This document shows positions 29,570-46,998 of a stretch of DNA of 64,000 nt, in pieces. This stretch comes from the human T2T-CHM13v2.0 reference genome, Homo sapiens: NCBI RefSeq assembly GCF_009914755.1, contig NC_060939.1; one strand, 5' to 3'. Position 1 is the first letter of the stretch. Each line of letters starts with the position of its first letter. The notes beneath the pieces are model-generated. The model saw nothing but the letters and a program-made list of their open reading frames with translations. It had not been told where the DNA came from and made no database searches. The translations under genes were made by a program, and so were the position numbers.

Positions 29570-29810
29570 TATTATTATTTAACATCTGCAGAGCCATAGA
29601 CACATGCTAAGTGCTTTATACAATTACCTCATTTAATCCTTACAGCAATCCTCATAGAAAGTTACTTATTTTCTTTATTTTATAGATGAAGAAGCTGAGG
29701 CTTAGTAAGGTTAAGTAACCTGCCCAAAATGATGAGTCTGTGGCAGAGATGACACAACTCAGATCTATCTGATTCTTAAGCACATGCTCTCAATCTCTAG
29801 GCAATGTGGC
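29570..29810 (-). mobile_element. MIR
   Basis: 'ctcatttaatccttacagcaatcc...atagatgaagaagctgaggcttag...aggttaagtaacctgccc'. Confidence 0.85.
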
Positions 29811-30871
29811 TTACCCTTCAATGGTTCTCTTGTCTTTGGAAAACAATTTTTCTGGCAGGAGAACAAATTCATCTCTAATTCCTCCCTCCCCGACAACTTA
29901 ATAAAACTCCTTGACTTCTGCCTGTTTCTCTAAGTGAGAACGAACACTACTATGTTTAAGCCTATAACCTTTGTATCTTAGAGGCGCATGTGGGAAGGGC
30001 TTGGAATCATGCATTGTATCACACTTCTACTTGATCCAGCCCCCACCCAGAAACTTGAGGCAATCTTTACATGGGACAGTTCAGCAGCTGGCTGGTACCA
30101 TGTCATCCTGTAGGAAGGAGGCTGGCCACAACACAGACAGATAAAGTATTTGCCAAGCAAAGAAAGCCAAGGCCTTCACTGGTTAGGCTTTATTCACAGA
30201 TATCCATGGGCTGAATTCTATGTGTGAGGCAGTGTGCTAGGTGCTGGAAGTAATAAAATTATGTCTTCATTCCTGCTGCCTTCAAGGTGCTAAGAGGCAT
30301 CAGAATAGTCCAGAGTTCCACAGTATACATTTTCCAGCATCATTCACCATACTTGGACAAGGTTAAGTCCATTCAGGGACCCAATACACATCTATTAAAC
30401 TTGGACTGAAGTGGTCAGTTTCCTCATTATCTCCACCAGCAACTTTTGGCTGGAATCTCTTTTGAAGTTCTTAGTTGGGTCCTTCCAGTCTTGATTGTGT
30501 CCCTCCTGCTACTTTCCTAATGCAGTAGCATCTTTGATGTCTCTCCCTAGGCACTGAGTACACTGAACAGTGTACAGAATGAGGATCAAGTGTCCTGTGT
30601 TGGGACCTCTGTTCTGCTATTGACTCTCTATGTGATTCTGGGCAAGTCACTTTTCTTCTCTGAACTTTAGATCCTTAGGTGACAGTAGCTTCTACAAACC
30701 CTGGCTTTACAGTTATCACAGATACTCATACATTTTCCTGGAGCCAGGCTATTTATGGATGTTGTTTTAGCAAAGTCTTTCCTTGAAAGGAGGAGTCTTT
30801 TTGTAGTTGCTCTGGCTACTAACAGCTTTATTGCCTATGGATGGCCAGCCACTGTCACAGTTTATCACCCT

Positions 30872-31032
30872 TGCTCCTCCAAGTGTGCTCTATGGACCAC
30901 TAGCATTTACATCACTTAGGAACTTATTAATTATGAAGAATCTCAGATGCTAGCCAGACATGCTGAATCAAAATTTACATCTTAAAAAGATCCACAGGTG
31001 ATTGGCCCTTACATTACCATTTGAGAAGCACC
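30872..31032 (+). mobile_element. MER5B-like hAT MITE
   Basis: 'ggaccactagcatttacatcactt...gctgaatcaaaatttacatc...tttgagaagcac'. Confidence 0.65.
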
Positions 31033-31149
31033 AAGCCCCATGCACAGGATAATTGTGTTGATTAAATTGGAATCACTGCAGTTGCGTTCTCAGGTGCTTG
31101 GGTGAATTTTAATGTGTAGTTGGAGTTAAGAAGCTCCGAATAGTCTCAC

Positions 31150-31773
31150 ATAGAGCGGAACTGAACTTCTTTGTGTAGAATGGGAGTCAGAAGACGGGCG
31201 TCTAATTTAGCCTGGAGGAGGATCAGGACAGAAGAAGTTTTATGGAGGTAATGCTTGAGCTGTTTGGGGAACACAGTGTCAGTTAGGCAGGTAGGAGAGA
31301 AAGGGTACTCCTGGTGCCCTGACCCACCAAGGGGGAACTGCAAGTCAGCATGGCTGGGGAATGGGGCTGGGGTGCTGCAGGAGATGATGTTGCGGAAAGG
31401 CAGGAGCCACCTGTGCCGTGCTTGGGAGTTTCTACTCATCTCAGAGGCAGTGGAATGGGTGTGGGTGATGGCTGAAAAAGTTGTTTTAAGCAGGGAATGA
31501 TGTACTTAGATTTGCATTTTAGGAAGATTTTCTTCTAGCAGATGTAGCAGAAGGTAGAAGGAAATGAAGGCAGAGAGACCCCTCTGGGGACTGTTTCAAA
31601 TAAGAAACAAATTAATTTGAGTGTTGGGAAGGATGGAGAGGAAGAGAGAAATTGAGAAATACCTAGTTGGTGGCTTGTTTTATGAAAGATGATAACAAAG
31701 GAGGAGCTTAGAATGACTCCAGGATTTCTGGTGTGGGGGAATGGGGAATGGTGGTACAGTTCTCCAAGACACA
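31150..31773 (-). mobile_element. L2, left part of the host of the nested complex
   Basis: 'gttttaagcagggaatgatg...agatttgcattttaggaagat'; continues after 47990. Confidence 0.7.
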
Positions 31774-31815
31774 GGCTATTGTTTGAATGTTTGTCCCCTC
31801 CAAAACTCATGTTGA
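31774..31815 (+). mobile_element. MSTC/MSTB2-type LTR, 5' 42 bp
   Basis: 'ggctattgtttgaatgtttgtcccctccaaaactcatgttga'. Confidence 0.8.
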
Positions 31816-34800
31816 GGCTGAGGTGGAACAAGATGGTGGAATAGAAGGCTCCACAGATCAGAAAGTTAACAACTATCAACACAGAAAAAACATTTTCATA
31901 GGAACCAAAAATCAGGTTAGCCCTCATAGTACCTGGTTTAACTCTATATTACTAACAGAGGCACTGCAGAGATAGAAAAAACAGTTGTGAATTGCTGATG
32001 CCAACCCTCCTCCACCTCCAGCGGCCGCAGCATGGTCAAGGAGCTTCTCTGGGTGATTAAATTGGAATCTCTGGGAGAGAGAGCACAGCAATTGCGAGGC
32101 AGTGAACTCAGTGCTGTCCTGTTATAGAGCAGAAAGAAAAACCAGACAGAACTCAGCAGACGCCCTCCCACAGAGGGAGCATTTAAACCGGCCCTGGTCA
32201 GAAGGGAATTCCCGGTCCCAGTGGTTTGAAATTGAGTTCCAGAAAACCTCACCACTGCAGGCTAAAGTGCTCTGTGCTCTAAATAAACCTGAAAGGCAGT
32301 CTAGGCCATGTGGACTGCAACTCATAGGCGAGTCTTAGAGCTGATCTAGGCCCAGAGGCAGTGGACTTGGGGGGCATGTGACCTACTGAGACACTAGCCA
32401 GGATGGCTATGGGAGTGCTGGCATCATCCTTCCCCTAATCCCAGGCTGCATAGCTCATGGCTCCAAGAGAGATCCCTTTCTTTTGCTTGAGAGGGGGAGA
32501 GGGAAGAGTGGGGAGGACGTTGTCTTGCATCTAGGATACCAGCTCAGTCACAGCAGGATAGGGCACCTGTAAGAGTCATGAGGCCTCTGTTCCAGGCCCT
32601 AGCTCCTGGATGTCATTTCTAGACACATCCTGGGTAAGAATGGAACCTACTGCCTTGATGGGAAGGACTCAGTCCTGGTAGCAGTCATCACCTGCTAATT
32701 GAAGAGCCCTTGGGCCCTGAATAACCAGCAGCAATATCTAAGTACTGCATTGAGGCCTTGGATGAGCCTCTGGGATTTGCTGGCTTCAGATGTTGGCTTC
32801 AGCACATTACCAGCTGTGGTGGCTACAAGGTGAAACTCCTGCTTGAGAAAAGCAGAGGGAAAAGTAAAGGGGACTTTGTCGGGCAGAGGACCAAGTAGGC
32901 TCTAGGGGGTCCCCGATTCTGGGACTTAACTCTTATGCAACATCTCTGGACCTGCCCTGGTCCAGAAGGGAGCCCACTGCCTTGAAAGGGTGAGCCCCGG
33001 GCCAGGCAATACTTACCACAAGCTAACTTAAGAACTCTTGGGCCTTAAGGGAACAGCAGTAGTCTGTCAGTACTCCCCATAGCCAGTGGTAGCAGTGGCT
33101 ATGGGGTGAGGTTCCTCTGCCTTTGGAAAGGAGAAGGAAGAGTGGGAAGGATGCATCTTGTGGTTTGAGTGCTTGCTCAGATGCAGTACAGTAGAATACC
33201 AGGTAGACTTCTAGGGTTTTTGACCTTAGTACCTGACTCCCGGATGAAACTTGGGGTCTAGGGGCACTTGCTGCCCTGAAGGGAAGGACATAGGCCTGGT
33301 TGGCTTTGCCACTGCTGATTATAGAGCCCCAGGTCTTGAGCAAATATATGGAGTAGCCAGGGAGTGGTTATAGCAGGTGTTGGGTGAGACCCAGCGCTGT
33401 GCTGGCTTCACCCAGTGCAGTCATAGTGATGGTGGCCACAGGGGTGCTGGTGTCACCCCACCCCCAGCTTTAGGTTGCTTAGAACAGAGAGAGAGAGAGA
33501 GAGAGAGAGAGACCCCATTTCTTTGGGAAAAAGTAAGGGAAGAGAACAAGAGTGTCTACCTGAAAATCCAGAGAATTCTCCTAGATGTTATCCGAGACCA
33601 TCAAGGTGGTACCTTCACCAGTCTGCAAGAACCACTGTGCTACTGGGCTTGGGATGTCCCCTAAAGCAGATACAACTTAGATTATAACACCCAAATCCTT
33701 TCAAATATCTGGATAGCCTTCACAAGAATGGGTACAAATAAGCTGAGACAGTGAAGATTACAATAAACACCCATCTCTTCAATGCGCAAACACTGAAGAA
33801 TATCTAGTGTCCGTGTTACCGGTAGAAGGTGTCCAGGTTCTTGGCGTCTTGCACAAAAAATTGGACAAAATGCACAAACAAAGCAAGGAAGGAATAAAGG
33901 GATTTATTGAAAATGAAAGTACACTCCACAGTGTGGGAGCAGGCCCAAGCATAGGGGCTCAAAGGCCCTGTTACGGAATTTTTGGGAGTTTAAATACCCC
34001 CTAGAGGATTCCACTGGTTACTTTGGGTATGCCCTATGTAAATGGAGAGGACGAAGTAAAGTTACAAAGTCATTTACAGTATACGCCCTATGCAGAAGAT
34101 ATTTCCTGTTAGAGCTGAAGTGTGAATTGACCTTATGTTCCCTTCCTCCAGACCCTGTTTTCCTGCCTCATCAGCACCATCCAGGAAAACATGACTTCAT
34201 CAAACGAACTAAATAAGCCACAGGGGACCAATCCTGGAAAAGCAGAGATGTGTGACCTTTCAGACAAATAATTTAGAATAGCTTTGTTAAAGAAACTCAA
34301 AGAGATTCAAGATAACAGAGAGAAGGAATTCAGAATTCTATCAGATAAATTTAACAGAGATTGAAATGATTCAAAAAAATCAAGCAGAAATTCTGGAGCT
34401 GAAAGATGCAGTTGATTTACTGAAGCATGCAACAGAGACTTTTAGTAGCAGAATTGATCAAGCAGAAGAAAGAATTAGTGAGCTTGAAGATAGGCTATTC
34501 TTCTGAAGATACACAGTCAAAAGAGACAAAAGAAAAAAAAACAATAAAAAAGAATGAAGCATGCCTATAGGATCTAGAAATAGCCTCAAAAGGGCAAATC
34601 TAAGAGGTATTTACCTTAAAGAGGAAGTAGAGAAAGAGATAGGGGTAGAAAATTTATTCGAAGGGATACTAATGAAGAACTTCCCAGACCAAGAGAAAGA
34701 TATCAATATCCAAGTACAAGAAGGTTATAGAAGACCAAGCAAATTTAAACCGAAGAAGACTACCTCAAGGCATTAATAGTGTAACTCCCAAAGATCAAGG

Positions 34801-35384
34801 ATATAAAAAGGATCCTAAAAGCAGCAAGAAAAAGGAATCAAATAACATGTAACGAAGCTCCAGTATGTCTGGCAGCAGACTTTTCACTGGAAACCTTACA
34901 GGCCAGGGGAGAGTGGCATGACATGTTTAAAGTGCTGAAGGAAAACAACTTTTACCCTAGAATAGTATATCTGGCAAAAATATCCTTCAAACATGAAGGA
35001 AAAATAAAGACTTTACCAGATAAACAAAAGCTGAGGGGTTTCACCAACAACAGACATGTCCTGCAAGAAATGCTAAGGGGAATACTTGAATCAGAAAGAT
35101 AATGATGTTAATGAGCAATATATAATCACCTGATGGTACAAAACTCACTGATAATAGTAAGTACACAGAAAAACACAGAATACTATAACACTGTGACTGT
35201 GATGTAGAAACTACTCTTATCCTAAGTATAAAGACTAAATGATAAACCAATCAAAAATAATGACAAAAACTTTTCAAGACATAGACAGTACAATAAGATA
35301 TATATAGAGAAACACCAAAAAGTTAAAAAGTGGGGGGACAAAGCTGAACTGTACAGTTTTTATTAGTTTTCTTTTTGCTTGTTT
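31816..35384 (+). mobile_element. L1MA1/2-type (L1M1) 5'UTR and decayed ORF1
   Basis: 5' end 'ggaacaagatggtggaatagaagg'; ORF1 remnant LKRANLRGIYLKEEVEKEIGVENLF (34561-34776). Confidence 0.85.
33814..34170 (-). mobile_element. MER61A solo LTR (ERV1)
   Basis: tgttaccggt...cctgcctca termini; 4-bp TSD tccg/tcag. Confidence 0.85.
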
Positions 35385-35718
35385 TTTTTTTTTTTGAAAA
35401 TTATTTTTTTATTTCAATAGGTTTTTGGTGAACAAGTGATATTTGGCTACATGAATAAGTCCTTTAGTGGTGATTTCTGAGATTTTGCTGCACCCATCAC
35501 TTGAGCAGTGTACACTGTACCCAGTGTGTAGTCTTTTATACCTCACCACCCCCGACCCTTTTCCCCCGAATCCCCAAAGTCCAATGTATAATTTTTATGC
35601 CTTTGTGTCCTCATAGCTTAGCTCCCACTTATTAGTGACACCATATGGTGTTTGGTTTTCCATTCCTAAGTGACTTTACTTAGAATAATAGTCTCCAATT
35701 CCATCTAGGTTGCTGTGA

Positions 35719-36118
<400 letters not shown>

Positions 36119-36747
36119 CTACTCTTTGATTGATGGACATTGGGGTTGGTGCCATATTTTTGCAATTGCAAATTGTGCTGCTATAAACATGCATGTGCAA
36201 GTATCTTTTTTATATAATGACTTGTTTTCCTCTGGGTAGATACCTAGGAGTGGGATTGCTGGGTCAAATGGTAGATCTACTTTTCATTCTTTAAGGAAAC
36301 TCCACACTCTTTTCCATAGTGGTTGTACTAGTTTACATTCCCACCAACAGTGTAAAAGGGTTCCCTTTTCACCACATCCCTGCCAACATCTCTTATTTTT
36401 TATTTATTTTTTTCTTATTATGGCCATCCTTGCAGAAGTAAGGTGGTACTGCATTGTGGTTTTGATTTGCATTTCCCTGATACTTAGTGATGTTGAGCAT
36501 TTTTCCATATGCTTGTGGGCCATTTGTATATCTTCTTTTGAGAATTATCTATTCATATCCTTAGCCCACTTTTTGATGGGATTGTTTGTTTCTTGCTGAT
36601 TTGTTTAAGTTTTTGTATATTCTGGATATTAGTCCTTCGTTGGATGTATATATTGTGATGATTTTCTCTCACTCTGTGGTTTGTCTGTTAACTCTGCTGA
36701 TTATTTCTTGTGCTGTGCAGAAGCTTTCTAATTTAATTAAGTTAGAT

Positions 36748-37160
36748 TGTGACCAACTCAGCATTCCACTGAAGACTGTATGATCAAACAGCAAACTGTT
36801 TATCATGAATGCAGGATGTGGGCAAACTCACATCTGCACCTGCCACCAGAGGGTATGCAGAGTGCAATCACTCCCTGGTGCCATGCTCCTTGAGGTTATC
36901 TACTGGAACATCTGGAGGCTACTGTTCAGAGAATGCAGTTGTGCAAGCCTGCACCGAGTCAAGCAGCTGACTGACAACCACCTCACTTCTCCCTATCTCC
37001 TTTACTCAATAAATACGAAGGGCTCTAAAAGCTCAGGGCCCTTGTTCACTAGAAGAAAGGAGCCCCCTGACCCCTTCTTCCAAATATACTCTCTTGTCCT
37101 TACCTTTATTCCCGCATTTGCCCCCCTTTGTTCAGTCCAACAGGGATTGGGGCTACAACA
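36748..37160 (+). mobile_element. HERV-K(HML-6) LTR3-family solo LTR, 5' end apparently clipped
   Basis: 'gtgaccaactcagcattccactg...aataaatacgaagggctc...ccccctgaccccttcttccaaatatactc'; ends in CA; family name from memory. Confidence 0.75.
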
Positions 37161-40100
37161 GAGTTATTTGTAGATTCTGGATATTAGTCCTTTGTTTGAT
37201 GTATATATTGTGATGATTTTCTCCCACTCTGTGGTTTGTCTGTTAACTCTGCTGATTATTTCTTGTGCTGTGCAGAAGCTTTCTAGTTTAATTAAGTCAC
37301 ATCTATTTATCTTTGTTTTTGTTGCATCTGTTTTTGGGTTCTTGGTCATGAAGCCTTTGCCTAAGCCAATGTCTAGAATGGTTTTTCTGATGTTATCTTC
37401 TAGAATCTTTATGGTTTCAGGTCTTAGGTTTAAGTCTTTGATTCACCTTGAATTGATTTTTGTATAAGGTGAGAGATGAGGATCCAGTTTCATTCTCCTA
37501 CATGTGGCTTACCAGTTATCCCAGCACCATTTATTGAATAGAGTGTCTTTTCACCAGTTTATATTTTGTTTGCTTTGTCAAAGATCACTTGACTGTAAGT
37601 ATTTGGGTTTATTGCTGGGTTCTGTATTTTGTTCCGTTGGTCTATGTGCCTATTTTTATATTAGTACCATGCTGTTTTGGTGGCTATGGCCTTATAGAAT
37701 AGTTTGAAGTTGGGTTATGTGATTCCTTTTTGCTTGGTCTTGCTTTGGCTATGTGAGCTCTTTTTTGGTTACATATGAATTTTAGGATTTTTTTTTCTAA
37801 TTCTGTGAAGAATGATGTGGTATTTTGATGGGAATTCCATTGAATTTGTAGATTGCTTTTGGCGGTATGCTCATTTTCACAATATTGATTCTACCCATCC
37901 ATGAGCATGAGATGTGTTTCCATTGTCTGTGATTTCATTCAGAAGTGTTTTGTAGTTTTCCTTGTAGAGGTCTTTCACGTCCTTGTTTAGGTATATTTCT
38001 AAGTTTTTAAAAAATTTTTAAATTAAAAAAATTTTTTTGCAGCTATTGTGAAAGAGGTTAAGTTCTTGATTTGATTCTCAGCTTGGTTGCTGTTGGTATA
38101 TAGCAGAGCTACTGATTTGTGTACGTTAATTTTGTATCCTGAAATTTGCTGCACCCCTTTACCAATATTAGAAGCTTTTTGGACGGGTCTTTAGGGTTTT
38201 CTAGGTATATGATCATATCCTCAACATATAGTGACAGTTTTTACCCTTTATTTCTTTTTTTTGTCTGATTGCTCTGGCTAGGACTTCCAGTGCTATGTTT
38301 AATGGAAGTGGTGAAAGTGGCTATCCTTGTCTTGTTCCAGTTCTCAGGGGGAATGCTTTCAAGTTTTCCCTGTTCAGTATAATGTTGGCTGTGGGTTTGT
38401 CATATGTGGCTTTTATTACCTTAAGGTATGTCCCTTCTAAGCCGATTTTGCTGAGGGTTTTAATTATAAAGGGATCCTGGATTTTGTCAAATGTTTTGTT
38501 TGTATCTGCTGAGATGATCATGTGATTTTTGTTTTTAATTTTGCTTATGTAGTGTATCACATTTTTTGACTTACATATGTTAAACCATCCCTGCATCCCT
38601 GGTATGAAACCCACTTGATCACGTCAAATTATCTTTTTGATATGCTGTTAGATTCAGTTAACTAGTATTTTCCTGAGGATTTTTGCCTCTATGTTCATCA
38701 GGGATATTGGTCTATAGTTTTCAGTTTTTGTTATGTCCTTCCCTGGTTTTGGTATTAGAGTATTACTGGCTTCATAGAATGATTTAGGGAAAATTCCCTC
38801 TTTCTTTATCTTTTGGAATAGTGTCAATAGGTTTGTTACCAATTTTTCTTTGAATGTCTGATAGATGTCAGCAGTGAATCTGTCTGGTCCTGGACTTTCT
38901 TTTGCTGGCAATTTTAAAAAACATCATTTCAATCTAGCTGTTTGTTATTGGTCTGTTCAGAGATTTTATATCTTCCAGGTTTAATGTAGGAGGGTTGTAT
39001 ATTTCCATGAATTTATCCATCTCCTCTAGGTTTTCTAGTTATGCCCATAAAGGTGTTCATAGTAGTCTCGAATAATCTTTCATATTTCTGTGGTATCGGT
39101 TGTAACATCTCCCATTTTGTTTCTAATTGAGCTTCTCTGGATCTTTTCCTTTTCTTGGTTAATCTCACTAATGGCCTATCAATTTTATTTATCTTTTCAA
39201 ACAACCAGATTTTTGTTTCATTTATCTTTTGTATTTTTGTTGTTTGTTTGTTTTCATTTCATTTAGTTTCATTCTGATCTTTATTTCTTTTCTTCTGCTG
39301 GGTTTGGATTTGGATTGTTCTTGTTTCTCCAGTTCTGTGAGGTGTGACCTTAGATTGTCTATTTGTGCTCTTTCAGACTTTTTGATGTATGCATTTAATG
39401 CTATAAACTTTTCTCTTAGCACTGCTTTTGCTGTATCCCAGAGGTTTTGATAGGTTGTGTCACTATTATTCAGTTCAAAGAATTTGTAAATTTTCATTTT
39501 GATTTTATTGCTGACTCAGCAATCATTCAGGAGCAGGTTCTTTAATTTCCATGTATTTGCATGGTTTTGAGAGTTTGTTTTGGAGTTGATTTCCAATTTT
39601 ATTCCGTTGTGGTCTAAGAAAGTACTGGATATAATTTTGATTTTTAAAAAATTTACTGAGACTTATTTCGTGGTCTGTAATATGGTCTATCTTGGAAAAT
39701 GTTTCATGAGCTGATGAATAGAATGTATATTCTGCAGTTGTTGGGTAGAAAGTTCTGTAAATATCTGTTCAATCCATTTGTTGTAGGGTATAGTTTAAGT
39801 CTATTGTTTCTTTGCTGACTTTCTGTCTTGATGATCTGTTAGTGCTGTCAGTGGAGTACTAAAGTCCCTCACTATTATTGTGTTGCTGTTATCTCATTTT
39901 TTAGGTTTAGTAGTAATTGTTTTATACATTTAAGAGCTCCAGCGTTAGGTGCATATACATTTAGAATTGTTATATTTTCCTTGAATTAGTCCTTTTATCA
40001 TTATATAATGTCCATCTTTATCTTTTTTAACTGCTGTTGGTTTTTAAAGTTTGTTTTGTCTGATATAACAATAGTTAGCTACTCCTGCTCACTTTTGGTG

Positions 40101-40203
40101 TCCATTTGCATGGAACATCTTTTCTGCCCCTTTACCTTAAGTGTACGTGAGTCCTTGTGTGTTAGGTCTCCTGAAGACAGCAGAAAGTTGGTTAGTGAAT
40201 TCT

Positions 40204-40989
40204 TTTTTTTTTTTTTTTGTATTTTTTAATTATACTTTAAGTTCTAGGGTATATGTGCACAATTTGCAGGTTTGCTACATATGTATACATGTGCTGTGTT
40301 GGTTTGCTGCACCCATTAACTCGTCATTTACTTTAGGTATTTCTCCTAATGCTATCCCTTCCCCATCCCCCCGCCCCATGACAGGCCCCGGGATGTGATT
40401 TTCCCCACCCTGTGTCCAAGTATTCTCATTGTTTAGTTCCCACCTATGAGTGAGAACATGCAGTGTTTGGTTTTCTGTCCTTGCAATAGTTTGCTCAGAA
40501 TGATGGTTTCCAGCTTCATCCATGTCATTACAAAGGACATGAACTCATCCTTTTTTATGGCTGCATAGTATTCCACGGTGTATATGTGCCCCATTTTCTT
40601 AATCCAGTCTGTCATTGATGGACATTTGGGTTGGTTCCAAGTCTTTGCTATTGTGAATAGTGCCACAATAAACATATGTGTGCATGTGTCTTTATAGTAG
40701 CATGATTTATAATCCTTTGGGTATATACTCAGTAATGGGATTGCTGGGTCAAATGGTATTTGTAGTTCTAGATCCTTGAGGAATTGCCACACTGTCTTCC
40801 ACAATGGTTGAACTAGTTCACAGTCCCACCAACAGTGTAAAAGCATTCCTATTTCTCCACATCCTTTCCAGCACCTGTTGTTTCCTGACTTTTTAATGAT
40901 TGCCACTCTAACTGGTGTGAGATGGTATCTCATTGTGGTTTTGATTTGCATTTATCTGATGACCAGTCATGATGAGCATTTTTTCATGT
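40204..40989 (-). mobile_element. 5'-truncated L1PA5-7 (ORF2 C-terminus and 3'UTR)
   Basis: ORF 40433-40951 [15 protein letters not shown]...HCWWDC; 21-bp TSD gaaagttggttagtg(a/g)a(t/c)tct. Confidence 0.92.
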
Positions 40990-41079
40990 GAAAGTTGGTT
41001 AGTGGACTCTTATCCTCTTTGCCATTCTGTACCTTTTAAATGGAGCATTTAGGCCATTTACATTTAATATTAGTATTGA

Positions 41080-41480
<401 letters not shown>

Positions 41481-42565
41481 TAGGTCTTGTGAGATTTATG
41501 CTTTAAGGAGGTTCTATTTTGGTGTATTTTGGGAACTTGTTTCAAGATTTAGAGATCCTTTTTAGTAGTTCTTATAGTGCTGTCTTGGTAGTGGCAAATT
41601 CTCTCAGCATTTGTTTGTCTGAAAAAGACTGTCTCTTTCCTTCATTTATGAAGCTTAGTTTCACTGGATACAAAATTATTGGCTGATAATTTTTTGTTTA
41701 AGGAGGCTAAAAATAGGACCCTAATCCCTTCTAGCTTGTAGGGTTTCTCCTGAGAAATATGCAGTTAATCTGATAAGGTTTTCCTTTAATAGGTTACCTG
41801 ATGCTTTTGCCTCATGGCTCTTTGTCTTGACTTTAGATAACCTGATGACTATGTGCCTAGACAATGATCTTTTTGTGATTAATTTCCCAGATGTTCTTTG
41901 ATCTTCTTGTGTTTGGATGTCTAGATCTCTAGCAAGGCTGGGGAAATTTTCCTTGATTATTCCCTCAAATATGTTTTCCAAACTTGTAGATTTCTCTTCT
42001 TTCTCAGCAACACCAGCTATTGTTAGGTTTGGATGTTTAACATAATCCCAAACTTCCTTGAGGCTTTGTTCAGTTTTTAAAATTCTTTTTTCTTTGTCTT
42101 TGATGGAGTGAGTTAATTTGAAAGCCTGTCTTTGAGCTCTGAAGTTCTTTCTTCTGCTTGTTCGATTCTATTGCTGAGGCTTTCTAGTGCATTTTACATT
42201 TTTCTAAGTGTGTCCTTGATTTTGAGAAGTTGTAATTGTTTTTTATGTATGCTACCTATTTCACTAAAGAATTTTCCTTTCATATCCGTGCCATGTTTTT
42301 GATTTCTTTACATTGGACTTCATCTTTCTCTGGTGCCTCCTTGATTAGCCTAGTAATTGACCTTCTGAATTCTTTTTCTTGCAATTCAGAGATATCATCT
42401 TGGTATGGATCCATTGCTGGTGAGCTAGGATGATCTTTTGGAGGTGTTAAAGAACCTTGTTTTGTCATATTACCAGAATTGTTTTTCTGGTTCCTTCTCA
42501 TTTGGGTAGACTATGTCAGAGTGAAGATCTGGGATTCAAGTGCTGCTGTTTAGCTGTTTAGATTC

Positions 42566-42876
42566 TTTTTTTTTTTTTTTTTTTTTTTTTTGAGACTGAG
42601 TCTCGCTCTGTCACCCAGGCTGGAGTGCAGTCAGTGGCATGATCTTGGCTCACTGCAGCCTCTGCCTCCCGGGTTCCAGCTATTCTTCTGCCTCAGCTTC
42701 CTGGGTAGTTGAGATTACAGGCCCATGCCACCACACCCAGCTAATTTTTGTATTTTTAGTAGAGACGGGGTTTCACCATGTTGGCCAGGCTGGTCTCATG
42801 CTCCTGACCTCAGGTAATCCACCCACCTTGGCCTCCCAAAGTGCTGGGGTTACACACATGAGCCACTGTGCCTGGC
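42566..42876 (-). mobile_element. AluS (Sx/Sq) in L1PB1
   Basis: Alu dimer; partial TSD gctgttt. Confidence 0.92.
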
Positions 42877-44438
42877 TGCTGTTTGTCCCACGCGGTGCTC
42901 CCTTGATGTGGTGTTCTCCCGCTTCCCCTAGGAATGGGGCTTCCTGAAAGCTGAACTGTAGTAATTGTTTTTGCTCTTCTGGATATAGCCACCCAGTCAA
43001 GCTAGGGCTCGACTACCAGGCTCTGGGATGGTGCTGGGTTGTGTCTGCAAAGAGTCCTGTGATATGATCTATCTTCAGGTCTTGCAGCCATGGGTACTAG
43101 CACCTGCTCTGGTGGAGATAGCAGTGGAGTCAAGTGGACTCTGTGAGGGTCCTTGGTTGTGTTTTGTTTAGTGTGCTAAACACAACCAAACCTGATTGGC
43201 CTCCAGCCAGGAGGTGGTGCTTTCAAGAGTGCATCAATTGTGGTCCTATAGGGAGGATGCAAATTTGCCTTAGGGACATGTGGTTAAGTATTCAGGTTTC
43301 TTAAGTGGTGGGCAGGGTTATAGAGCTCCCAAGAGATTACGACCTTTGTCTTCAGCTATGAGGGTGGGTAGAGAAAGACCACCAGGTGGGGGCAGAGATA
43401 GGCATGTCTGAGCTCAGCCTCTCCTTGGGCGGGGCTTACTGTGGCTGCTGTGGGGAATGGGAGTGTGGTTCCCAGTCCAATGAAGCTATATTCCCAGAGG
43501 GATTATGGCTGTCTCTACGGAGTCATACAGATTGCCAGGGAAGTGGGGGAAAGCAGGAAGTTACAGGCCTCACCCCACCTCCATGCAGCCTGCAGTCCTA
43601 AAGGCTGGTCTCATTCCCACCATGCCTCCCCACCGCAGCACCAAGTCTATTTCCAGGCAGCCTGTGACCAGGGCTGAAAACTTACCTCAGACCATGAGCC
43701 TCCCTGCTGAGAAAGCAAGCAGACTCATAGATTTTTGGCATCTCGGGGAACCTGCAGCAGTGATCCAGTTCCTTCGAAGAGTCTTTGGATTCTCTTGGCT
43801 TTCCTGGTATGTTCCTGTGGTAGTTCTTGGAGCAATAGTTTATGATATGAGTCTTCACTTGCTGTTCTGTCCATTTGAGTGGGAGCTTCAAGTTAGTCTT
43901 GCCTCCTATGTGCCATCTTCATCATCTGCTTGTTTGTTCATGCAAATAGTGTTAAGCAGTTATCAGGTTAAAATAATGGGTTATAAGATAGTATTTCCAA
44001 GCCCCATGGTAATCTGAAACCAAAAAACATACAACAGATACACAAAAAATAAAAAGCAAGAAACTAAATTATATAATCAGAGGAAATCAACTGCACTAAA
44101 GGAAGACAAGAAAGAAAGAAAGACCACAAAACAACCAGAAAACAAATAACAAAATGGCAGGAATAAGTCCTTACTTATCAATAATTACATTGAATCTAAA
44201 TGGACTAAGCTCACCAATCAAAAGATGTAGAGTGGCTGAATGGATTAAAAAAACAAGATCCAATGATCATTTTCCTACAATAAACACACTTCACCTATAA
44301 AGACTCACATAGACTGAAAATAATGGGATGGGAAAAGATTTTCTACGCCAAGGGAAACCAAACAAGAGCAGAAGTCACTATACTTATATCAGACAAAATG
44401 GATTTCAAGACAAAAACTCTAAGAAGGGACAAAAAAGG

Positions 44439-46998
<2,560 letters not shown>

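Noticed and set aside
33814-34170. p53 response element in MER61
   Set aside because: No paired RRRCWWGYYY half-sites visible in this copy
40433-40951. 172-aa ORF as a gene
   Set aside because: It is the L1 ORF2p C-terminus of a 5'-truncated L1PA copy with no promoter
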